Source: Phyllobates terribilis
Taxonomy: Eukaryota
NCBI RefSeq assembly: GCF_046119375.1
Contig: NW_027362770.1
Location: 16,368,001-16,432,000, forward strand
Reading direction: 5' to 3'
Length of the DNA: 64,000 bases
Shown here in pieces: positions 26,186 to 37,200 of the stretch (positions within the stretch are counted from its first letter, which is position 1; every line of letters starts with the position of its first letter). The position numbers and the translations under genes were made by a program. Below the pieces are notes generated by a model, which was not told the DNA's origin, ran no database searches, and worked only from the letters and a program-made list of their open reading frames with translations.

Positions 26186-26488
26186 GAGGGGAGTACTGTG
26201 AGGTTCTCAGACTCTTTTGCTATATCTGATATCATTTTTTGTTTGAATTTAGTTTAGCTCTAATATCTGCTCTGCACTGAAAGTAAGAGAGACATTTTAC
26301 CGAACTGAGGGTTTATTCCTGCTTGCTGTAACCCCTACATTTGTACCAGTGCCAGTGACTTTTGTGTTGTTAAACTACTTGTATGAAGTAATACAAGACT
26401 TTTTCAAAGACAAGCCTGTGTTTCCAGAGTTTTCTTTTGCACCCACGCATAAGACTCTATACTAACAGTATTAACATCTGACAATGTC

Positions 26489-28180
26489 ACTCGAGCATCC
26501 ACGATACATGGTGCATACCCAAGTACCTCTGGGTTCAAAATGTTCACTATACCCCTTGATAAAATCCTTGATGGGGTCTAGTTTCCAAAATGTGGTCACT
26601 TGTGGGGGGTTTCCACTGTCTAAGCACATCAGGGGCTCTCCAAATGCAACATGGCGTCCGCTCTCGATTCCAGCCAATTTTGCTTTAAAAAAAATCACAC
26701 AATGCTCCTTCCCTTGTGAACCCTGCTGTGGGCCCAAACTGTGTATTTTCCCCACATATGGGGTATCGGCAAACTCAAGAGAAATTGCGGCCCATTTTCT
26801 CCTGTTACCCTTGTGAAAATAAAAAAATTGTGGCTAAAAGATCATTTTTGTGGCAAAAAGTTTGATTTTTTTTATTTTCACGGCTCTGTTATAAACTTCT
26901 GTGAAGCACCTGGGGGATCAGGGTGCTCACCACACATCTAGAGAAGTTCCTTGATGGGTCTAGTTTCCAAAATAGTGTCACTTGTGGGGGATTTCCATTG
27001 TTTATGCACATCAGCGCTCCTTCCCTTACAAAACCCTGCAATGCACTCAAACAGTGGTTTTCCCTAACATATGGGGTATCGGCTTACTCAGGAGAAATTA
27101 CACAACAAATGGTATGGTGCAATTTCTCCTGCCACCCTTATGAAAATAAAAAATTGGGGGCTGAAAAACATTTTTGTGGGAAAAATGTGAAAATTTTATT
27201 TTTACGGCTCAATGTAATAAACTTTTATGAAGCACTTGGGGGTTCAAGATGCTCACCACACATCTAGATAAGTTCCCTGAGGGGTCTAGTTTACAAAATG
27301 GTGTCACTTGTGGGGGTGTTTCCTCTGTTTAGGCACAACAGGGGCTCTCCAAACGTGACATGGCGTCAACTAACTACTCAAGCAAATTTTACATTCAAAA
27401 AGTCAAATGGCCCACCTTCTTTTTCGAGCCCTGCCTTGTGCCTAAACAGTGATTTCCCCCACATATGGGGTATCGGCATACTCAGAAGAAATTGCACAAC
27501 AAATTTTATGGTCAATTTTCCTGTTACCCTTGAGAAAATAAAAAAGATTAGGTCTAAAGTAACATTTTTGTGGAAAAAAGTTAAATGTTCATTGTTTTCT
27601 TCCACATTCCAAAAATTCTTGAGAAGCACCTGAAGGGTTAATAAACTTCTTGAATGTGGTTTGAAGCACCTTGAGGTGTGCAGTTTTTAGAATGGTGTCA
27701 TTTTGGGGTATTTTCTATCATAAAAGCCCCTCAAAGTCACTTCAAATGTGAATTTGAAAATTTTGTTGGAAAAATTAGAAAATGCTAGTCAACTTTTAAC
27801 CCTTAACTTTCTAGCAAAAAAAAATTTGCTTCCAAAATTGTGCTGATGTAAAGTAGGCATGTGGGAAATGTTGTTTATATACTATTTTGTGTGACATATC
27901 TCTCTGATTTAAGGGCATGAAAATTCAAAGTTTAAAAATTGCTAAATTTTTACAATTTTCGCCAAATTTCAAATTTTTTCTTAAAGTATCGCAAGTCATA
28001 TCAAAGACATTTTATCACTATCATGAAGTACAATGTGTCATGAAGAAACACTCTCAGAATCAGGGGGATCCGTTGAAGTGTTCCAGAATAATTATTACCT
28101 CATAAAGTGACAGTGGTCAAAGTTGTAAAAATTGGCCTGGTTATTAACGTGCAAACCACCCTCGGGGGTAAAGGGGTTAA
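26489..28180. mobile_element. Non-autonomous piggyBac-like element, right part with terminus AAGGGG|TTAA
   Basis: Terminal GGGGTAAAGGGGTTAA at 28165-28180; internal sub-repeats GGGGTCTAGTTTCCAAAAT. Confidence 0.7.
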
Positions 28181-28684
28181 TGTTGCTATATAGTTTGTGC
28201 TATTTTTCTATTCGATCCTTTTAATTATAGTTACTATGGCAATAATTGGAGGAGTGTGTAAGTATACGCACCTGCACCATGATATTGTGAGCTAGAAAAA
28301 TGAAAAATGGCCTAGTACCTCCTCTCCCTATCCTGCTGTTATTCGTCATATTAAATTGTAATAAAACGTGAAAATTTCTGGTGAGTGCTTCTGTTACTTA
28401 GTTGCTTAATGTGTATACAGTAGCCCATACAGCAATGCAAACCCAACTATGACTTTATTTATAATATTTTAGGTATCTGAAAATTAATTAAGCAATCTCT
28501 CTGGGTTAATAGCCTAATGATCAGAGAAAAAACTGAATAATCAACAATGGGAATTTTTTCAAATGAGTAAAGAGAGACTAGTAGGACTCTTAGTCAATTG
28601 ATAAAGACTAAAGTGGATTAATAGATCTGTTGTGGCATCAAGATAATATGCCAATGGGTGATTATCAACTAGGGTCACTTGTTA

Positions 28685-29726
28685 AGGCCCCGTCACACTA
28701 AGCGAGATCGCTAGCGAGATCGCTGCTGAGTCACAAGTTTTGTGACGCAACAGCGACCTCAGTAGCGATCTCGCTATGTTTGACACTAAAGGCCCCGTCA
28801 CACTTAGCGACGCTGCAACGATCCCGACAACGATACGACCTGTCAGGGATCATTGCTGCGTCGCTATGTGGTCGCTGGTGAGCTGTCAAACAGGCAGGTT
28901 CACCAACGATCAGGGGAGCAGCGACATCATGGAAAGAATCTTTCCACAATGTCCTGCTCCTGGTTACCAGCCTGCTGAAGCAGGAGCAGGCTGGTAACCA
29001 TGATAAACATCAGGTTACTAGGGGCACACGCGCACCTAGTAACCCGTTGCTTATCATGGTTACCACTCTGCTACAGTAAGCGGGAGGTTACCGCTCACTT
29101 TAGCAGGCTCGTAACCATGATAAACAACGGGTTACTAGGTGCGCGTGTGCCCCTAGTAACCCAATGTTTATCATGGTTACCAGCCTGATCGCTGCTCCTG
29201 CTGGTCACACACAGCGATGTGTGCTGACCAGCGGGAGGGCAACAACCAAAAAATGGTCCAAGACACTTTGCAGCGATCAGCGACCTCACAGCAGGGGCCT
29301 GATCGCTGCAAAGTGTCACACATAGCGACATCGCTGGTGAGGTCGCTGTTGCGTCACCAAAACCATGACACAGCAGCGATCTCGCTAGCAATCTCGCTAT
29401 GTGAGACAGGGGCTTTAGCAGCGACCAGGCCCCTGCTGTGAGATCGCTGGTCGTGTCGGAATGGTCTGGACATTTCTTTGATCGTTAAGGCCATGCTGGG
29501 TAGCATGCATCGCTGTGTTTGATACCTTACCAACGACCTTGTTGACGACTCAGACACAGAAACACATAGGCGTGCATCGTTATACAGATCGTTACGGGTC
29601 GCCGCATTGTTGCTGCGTCGTTGGGAAGATCTGACTGTTTGACATCTCACCAGCGACCACATAGCGACGCAGCATCGATCCCTGACAGGTCGTATCATTG
29701 TCGGGATCGCTGTAGTGTCGGGGCCT
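28685..29726. mobile_element. PIF/Harbinger-like MITE (TSD TTA/TTA) containing a related MITE in opposite orientation (28790-29414)
   Basis: Outer TTA|AGGCCCCGTCACAC...GTCGGGGCCT|TTA; inner TAA|AGGCCCCGTCACAC...GAGACAGGGGCT|TTA. Confidence 0.75.
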
Positions 29727-30839
29727 TTAGTTGTGTCCCATAGTGTGTAAATCCCCTATGGAGAAAAAGGGATATCACTTGGTGATAAATTGTTAGGTGA
29801 CACAGATTCAAAGGTCTACAGGTAAAAATGATGATCATGGATCACAGTTTACGGTATATCGTCATGGGTAATGATCCCTTAGGAAATCCCAAATGCATGC
29901 ATTTACCTCTTGTAACTTGTTCCCGTGTTTCTGCTTTAGCTGCTGTTACGTTTCCAATGAGGATATAAACTGTGATCCATGACCATTCATCATTTTTACC
30001 TGTAGACTATTCCACAATGCTGCTGCATGTGTTTATGTCCGTATACTTTGCTACTCCCTGAACCTGAGGGATCCTTGCAACAAATAGTGTGACCTTTGAA
30101 TTTGAATAAAATTCCCATTGTTGATTATTCAGTTTTTCTCTGATCATTAGATTATTATCTATTAGCCCAGCTCGAATACTTAATTAATTTTCAGTTATTT
30201 ACCCTAGACAATTTTTTGTATTGTCCTATTTGCTGCAGGCCTAATAGCTGTATCTGCTAGCGCCCCATTCTACTTTATTATATTTTAAATATCTTGCTGC
30301 AAAAATAGCTACTAATATCTTCCTATTTGGTCGAACAATGCTGATTCAAAGTTCAAAATTTTCAGCTAATAAACTGCACAAATGTACTCAAATAATTAAA
30401 GGCTAAACTACAATACTTGTTTATCATGCTTCCATTCTATCTGAAAAGGTATTATAAAGTTCTTTTTCAAAACGTGTAAATTAAATTTACATAAGTAAAA
30501 TGATATCAGTAAGAGAATATGAGGATCTCAACTGGTAGACTGGCTGCAAGCCAAAAACTCAAATTACCAATTGTTATTACAGATCTTGAATATTTCCCTC
30601 ACTTGGCACCAAATTGGCAATGATTGTGTCATTGAGAGTTAGCTTTAGTGAATACCACCTGTTCTAAATAATGTTTACTAAAGAACACAAGTACCTTCAT
30701 CATCAGCTTGTTAAAGAAGTGATGACGTGATTCTAATAATGGCTTATTACCTGTAGGAAGTTGGCTTGGGTTGCTTTTCTAAAGCCCTCACAGAATCCCA
30801 AATTCGTTATTTCATTGTTTGAAAATACACACCGACACT

Positions 30840-31160
30840 ACAAAGACTGCAGTATTGGGACACACCTTCTAATCATTTAGTCCCATTGCCAGAGGTGTAT
30901 AAAATCCAGAAGGAAACTATGCAGTCTGTCTTTACTAATAATTATTAAAGACTAGGTTGATCTAAAGAGATCGCTAAATTTGAACATGGTACTACAACAG
31001 GATGCCACATAAAAATAACTGAGGTGCATAAATGTCACTAAAGCTTTGCCCGAGTCAATAATTGCAGAGCTCCAAACCTCCTCTAGCATTAGCATAAAAA
31101 AAACTGTGCCCCTGGAGATTCATGACATGGGTTTCCATTACTGAACAGCTTTATGCAAGC
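30840..31160 (+). mobile_element. Old Tc1 fragment (end plus transposase N-terminal remnants)
   Basis: AGTATTGGGACAC end-like motif; remnants AELQTSSSIS...KTV...HDMGFH...CKPYI typical of Tc1 DNA-binding regions. Confidence 0.55.
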
Positions 31161-31187
31161 CTTATATCATCAATCAGAGGAAAATTT

Positions 31188-31268
31188 TTAATATTTCTGC
31201 ATGGCAAGACATTTTGGACAACTGTATGCTTCTAATTTTTGACAGAACAGTTTGGCTAATGCCTTTTC
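31188..31268 (-). pseudogene. Possible next exon of the same candidate gene
   Basis: After a 127-nt GT...AG interval, in-phase EKALAKLFCQKLEAYSCPKCLAMQKY*. Confidence 0.25.
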
Positions 31269-31395
31269 CTGTTCCAGAATTGTAATTGTAGTGATAGACA
31301 TAAGAAAACTGCTGCTTCTCCACACCCTGGCACCCCTCAAATATATAGTGTCCCAGACCATAAATGTTGTGCTGTGTACAATGCAGAGTACTCAC

Positions 31396-31695
31396 TTTCA
31401 GGATGTAAGCCTCCGCTGCATCCACGTCTTTTGGTCCAGGATCAGCTACAGACACATCAGGGGACACCTGGTTCAATATAACAAATTCATCTTTACTGGA
31501 CAGTTCAGATGCAACAGTCTTTATCACACAGTTTTGGGCACAGCACCCTCCAGTTACAGTTTCATCAATACAACACATTTCAAGCCTCTGCTTACGTTCA
31601 GCTCAGACTATAAACCCTGTACACCCCAGGGATTTTCTGTCAGCACTCCCGATATCAGCTACATTTCCCTCATGCGTTTCCCCATCTGGCTTCCT
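31396..31695 (-). pseudogene. Candidate host-gene coding exon (300 nt, phase 0/0, one in-frame TGA), unidentified
   Basis: Acceptor CCTTATTTCATTCCATACAG| at 31696 and donor |GTGAGT at 31390-31395. Reads RKPDGETHEGNVADIGS...EFVILNQVSPDVSVADPGPKDVDAAEAYILK with a TGA at 31603-31605. Confidence 0.4.
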
Positions 31696-32446
31696 CTGTA
31701 TGGAATGAAATAAGGCACACTTTCTAGTGCCTAGTTCAGGCCATAGGCCCCGTACACTACAGAAATGTTTGCAGGAAATTCGGTACTACCTCATGCTGTC
31801 AGAACACTATGTGCTCCTTGTACCTTCAGCCCACTGCAACCTGAACTTAAACTTGACACGAACCTCACATTCAACCACTCAATCTGACTAAATCAGGAAG
31901 AAGTTCCATTTTTTACTTGCCCTAGACCCCTTCCTAGACAAAACATTTAACTGTAACCTAACCTGTCTGCCCCAGAAGTCTGTTGCTGGGGAAATGTAAC
32001 CTCCCACCAACTTAACTAAAGTCAATATCTTCTAACAGTATGCACTGAACTTCCTATCACTGTCTATCTGCCCTAATGTTCCTATCTATCACTACCTAAG
32101 TACTAAAATGTGTCATATGTGTTCCTGAAACCTGAGCTGAGTGTACAAGATTACCTTAGGCATTACCAATACAATACCCACACAGCAGCAGCAGTACTCA
32201 TAAAACTTTATTCAATTTACATTATAACATAAAAACACAGTACAACAGCATATTAGTATTCACACTATAATTGTTGTCTTTAGGGGCAGGTATACGACAG
32301 TCTCTGGCACACCCTTACAAAATCACTGTGCCTCAACACACAAAGCCAACAGGGCATGCGTCAGCACCCGCCACACCCGGGCAAGTGCCGGGGCTCTGTG
32401 CAAGTGTGTGTGGGGGGGGCACTCACTGGTGGGAACCTCGGCATGC

Positions 32447-34028
32447 TGTCAGGTCAGTTAGTCGGGGAAGCTTGGTACCAGTGCCTGTAAGTGGGGTCCC
32501 TGCTTGCTCAGGGACCCGGGCCATGACTTGCAATACTGACCTTTCCTCGATCTTGCACAGCTCCGATGTCTTCTGCATCTTCTGACTGTTACGATCGCGC
32601 CCGAACTGACTGGCGTGAGCGTGATTAGTGATCCCACTGTACAATGAACCAAGGAGTGCCTGGAGGCGCGTAACTAAGTATCAACCCAATCCGACCAAGG
32701 TTGCACGGTGGCTCAGTTGATTCCGTGAACCATGGAGGAACCGAGCAGAGGGACCAGGTGCTACTCCAGGTCAGACTCCAGTCACAGCTGTTGACCCACA
32801 CCGGGGAATGCAGGAACAGGCAGGTTAGCTGGTATGCAGACAGGTGGGTACTGGCAGGCACGGCTGGTATGACAGCTGGTGGGTACTTAGCAGGCACGGC
32901 TGGTATGAAGGCAGGTGGATACTGGCAGGCACAGCTGGTATGCAGACAGGTGGGTGCTGACAGGCACGGCTGGAATGCAGACAGGCAGATACTGGCAGGT
33001 ATGAACGCTGGCTGGATAGGGACCAGTACAGACTGGGATGCAGGAACAGAGCCGCAGGTGCGGTGGACTAGCAGAGCAAAACTGCAGGAGCGGTGAACAA
33101 GCAGAGCGGAGCAAAACCGCAGGTGCGGTGAGCAAGCAGAGCGGAACAAAACCGCAGGTGTGGTGAGCAAGCAGAGTGGAGCAAAATTGCAGGTGCGGTG
33201 AACAAGCAGAGCAGAGCAAAACTGCAGGAGCGGTGAACAAGCAGAGCGGAGCAAAACTGCTGGAGCGGTGAACAAGCAAAGCAGAACAGAACCGCAGGTG
33301 CAATAAACAAGCGGAGCAGAGCGGAACAGCCAGAGCGGTGAACAAGCAGAGCAGAACAGAGCAGAAGGTGAAGGCAGACAGGACAGGGCTCTGTTCACAT
33401 GGAACAAACTGGAAAATACAGGAAGATGGTTAGAGCACAGGCGGTAGATACGCAGGCAGGGAAAGGAGACAAGCAGAACCAGATACACACAAGGTACTTA
33501 CAATGAAGTAGCGAGTGGACACAAAACTCACAAACAGAAGTACAGAGACAACGAGTTGGAGTTAGGTGGAGGTTCAGACACTGCAGGAGAAGGGAAAGTA
33601 TGGACATAGAGAGAAACAAGTAACGGGCTAGGACACTGTTAAGACAGGAACTGAACTGGGAACAAGATACAGGAACGAGCCTGGGAACTCAGCCCCCAGG
33701 GTGGCGGAAACAGACTAGAAGTCAGAGATACAGGTGGCGGCCCTGGGTACTCAGCCCCCAGGGTGGCGGAAACAGACTAGATACAGGACAGGACCTGGCA
33801 ATTCAGTTGCAAAAGACATACTGAGTGAAAGTGTTGCTCAGGCACCTCCTACTGGGAGGAGGGAGTTTAAGTATCCAGAGACTCACAGCATTAGGCTGGG
33901 GACGCATTAGGACTGTGCACACAGTAGCTATCAGAAACAAGCAGAAAGCCGCGCCGACGCCCTAAACAATCAGACAAGATACATGGACAGAGCAGGTACT
34001 GGAGCAAAGAGTGCAGCATGGACTGACA
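32447..34028 (-). mobile_element. Gypsy-type solo LTR with internal 33-35-bp tandem repeats
   Basis: Termini TGTCAG...CTGACA (6-bp inverted); 35-bp repeats at ~33050-33345 and ~33-bp repeats at ~32830-33020. No matching TSD; strand is a guess. Confidence 0.6.
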
Positions 34029-34201
34029 GGCAAGATTGCAGTCTTGCATGGTGGGAGGTGGTGCACCATGCAAGCATGCCACCAGGGATGTTACACTGAC
34101 ACTGTGATGTGTCAGGGCAGAGGGCACAATGACGTAACTACAGCACTCTCTTTTCTCTGACAGTGCAGACAGGTGTAAGACGGCGATGCTGGAGTCCTGA
34201 C

Positions 34202-37200
34202 TGTTAGAACCCTCCTGTTTGTTTTTGTTTCTATCTTGTGTTTTGCGGTCACGTGACCATCTTCCTATATATTCCAGCTCCGCCCTTCTGGCCTTGCTGG
34301 ACTTCAGTGTTGTTTAGACTGTCTTTCTAGCTAGCTGCTTTTGTGCCTATCTATCTCTAGTTTGCTTGGTCCTCTGGACCTCTAGTACTTTTGTCAGTTT
34401 ATCTTTTGCTCTGCAACAACTTCTGTTAAGAGGTGTCCCATTTTTTGTCCCAGTCCTTAGTTCTTTTAGGGACCCCTCCCTTTCTCTATAGGTCTCCTTT
34501 CAGACTAGCCGAGGACGTAGGCGTGTCTGTTCACAAGGAACAGGTCGCCCACTACAACGTAGGGACTCAGCTTAGTCTTACTGTAGTGACAGCTCTCCCC
34601 TTCTTTCCCTAGTTTATGTTGCAGATCATAACAGTAAGTCCAGTCAAAACAAAAAAAAACTTTAAGGAAAGAAATCCGGGGATCAGTATGGTTTCTGTTC
34701 AAGATTTGGCTCAACGCCTGCAGGGAGTGTCTCTGGAGGTGTCCGAGCTCCGGCAACATGTGAGTAGCTGTCCTGGAGCGCATTTTGTGGAACCGAAGGT
34801 AGGACTCCCTGATATTTTTGATGGTAAACAACAAGATTTTTTTTCCTTTAAAAATACTTGAGACCAAAGTCCTCTGGAATGAATCACAGTGCATTGGGTT
34901 TATCATGTCACTTTTGTGCAAAGAACCACAGGGGTGGGCCTTTTCTCTCCAACCTAATGATCCGTGTTTTAGGTCAGTGGAGGATTTTTTTTCTGCTATG
35001 GGGCTATTGTATGACGATCCTGATCGAGTCTCATCTGCTGAGACAGAACTGAGGCGTTTGAATCAGGGGTCAGGTGATGTTGAAAATTATTGTACACACT
35101 TCAGAAGGTGGTCCTCAGACGTGAAATGGAATGATTCGGCGTTAAAATGTTTTTTTCTTGCTGGTCTAAGTGAAAGGGTTAAGGATCTGCTGATTGCATT
35201 TCCTGCACCTGAAACCTTGCAAGAAGCCAAGCAATTAGCTATACGTGTGGACAGGAGACTGCGTGCCAGGGTTTATGATGAAAAGATTCCTGCAATGGCA
35301 GCTCCTAGTTCCCAGAGGGTCTGCTCGGACGGCGGAGAACCGATGGAGGTTGGGGCGATGTCACTCCGCTCTCAGGAAAGAGACCGCAGGTTTTCCAAAG
35401 GATTGTGTTTTTATTGTGGTAAATCTGACCATTTGATTAAGAACTGTGAGCTTCATTTAAGTAAAGAAAAAAAAAAGGTCAGTTACGCCCGTATTGCTTG
35501 TTTGAACTCTAAAGGAGTATTTCTTTCAGGGAGTACCTCATTGCAGGAAGATTTGATTGAATTTCAGGTATTTGTGGATTGTGGTTCAACACTTAATGTG
35601 ATTGATAAGAGGTTTTTGGAAAGACTTAAATTGGAATCCAAACCTTTGTCATCACCAATTTCTGTGATTGCAATTGATAACACTCTTTTGAAATGTATTA
35701 CTCACAAGGTTGCTGCATTTCCCCTCACTATCAATGGCATTCACCAAGAAAATTTGGATTTGGTGGTATTAAATAATTTAAAATCTCCAGTCGTTTTAGG
35801 TTTGCCTTGGTTAAAACTGCACAATCCTTTACTGGACTGGTCTACTAATGAGATTAAGTCTTGGAGTCCTAAGTGCTATGATAAATGTTGTAATGGTCGC
35901 ATTGCGGCTGTGGAAAAAGGGGAATTACCTGTACCTATTCAGGATTTTTGGAAGGTTTTTTCAGAGGAGGAGTCACAAGTTTTACCTCCTCATAGGGACT
36001 ATGATTGCACCATTGAGTTTGTTCCTGGAGCTACTCTTCCTAAGAGTCGCTTATTTAATCTGACTATCCCTGAAAGAAAGGCCTTAGAGGAATACATACA
36101 GACTCTCTTGGCTGCTGGTCACATTAGAACGTCTAAGTCGCCTGTGGCCGTTGGATTTTTCTTTGTTAAAAAAAAAGACGGTGGTTTACGTCCATGTCTG
36201 GACTTCCATGAAATTAATAAGATTACCGTACGCAATTCCTACCCATTGCCATTAATTCCGGACTTGTTTAACCAGTTGGTGGGGGCCAAGTGGTTCTCTA
36301 AAATTGATCTCCGGGGGGCATACAATTTGTTACGAATGAAGGAGGGTGATGAATGGAAAACTGCTTTTAACACTCCGGCAGGTCATTTTGAGAATCTGGT
36401 GATGCCTTTTGGTCTTACCAATGCTCCCGCGTTTTTTCAGAACCTAATTAATGACATCCTGAGACCTTTGATTGGCATGAATGTGGTTGTGTATTTGGAT
36501 GACATTCTGATTTATTCACCAGATCTGGAGTCCCATTGGCAGATCATACGTGAGGTGTTGCAGTTATTGAGTGATAATTCACTTTTTGCTAAGCTGGAGA
36601 AATGTGAGTTCGCTGTGCAGAGAATTAGTTTTTTGGGCTACATTGTCTCCAGCGAGGGCTTTGAGATGTACCCAGTGAAAGTTCAGGCTGTGCAGGAATG
36701 GCTTAGGCCTATTGGTTTGAAATCAATACAGAGATTTTTGGGTTTCGCCAATTATTACAGGAAATTCATTAAGAATTTTTCTATAATTGTTAAGCCGCTG
36801 ACCGATCTCACCAGGAAAGGTGCGAATACGGTCCAGTGGACTACTGAGGCCATTGAAGCTTTTGTGTATCTCAAGGAGAAGTTCAGTTCTGCCCCTATCC
36901 TCATGCAGCCTGATGAGACCAAGCCTTTTTTGGTCGAGGTTGATGCTTCTTCGGTGGGGGTCGGTGCAGTTTTGTCTCAAGAGAACAAGGATGGAGTACA
37001 TCCCTGTGCTTTTTTTTCGAAAAAATTTTCAGAAACCGAACTTAATTCCGATGTTGGTAATCGGGAGTTGCTCGCTATTAAACTCGCGTTTGAACATTGG
37101 CGTCATTTCTTGGAAAGTGCTAAATTTCCTGTTCAGGTTTTCACAGATCATAAGAATTTGATCTATCTGGATGCTGCCAAAAGCTTGAATGCCCGTCAAG

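Larger units (their letters stand above)
21109..26483 (+). mobile_element. Full-length Ty3/Gypsy chromovirus #1 (Tf1/sushi-like)
   Basis: LTRs TGTGAG...CTGACA at 21109-21500 and 26197-26483; 5-bp TSD ATGTC (21104-21108 and 26484-26488); PPT AAGAGGGGAG; gag-pol with chromodomain. Confidence 0.97.

Noticed and set aside
30500-30830. Further small minus-strand exons near the candidate exon
   Set aside because: Short open stretches with weak or missing acceptors; indistinguishable from chance in AT-rich DNA.
32625-33488. 287-aa and 152-aa repetitive ORFs
   Set aside because: Products of the 33-35-bp tandem repeats inside a solo LTR.
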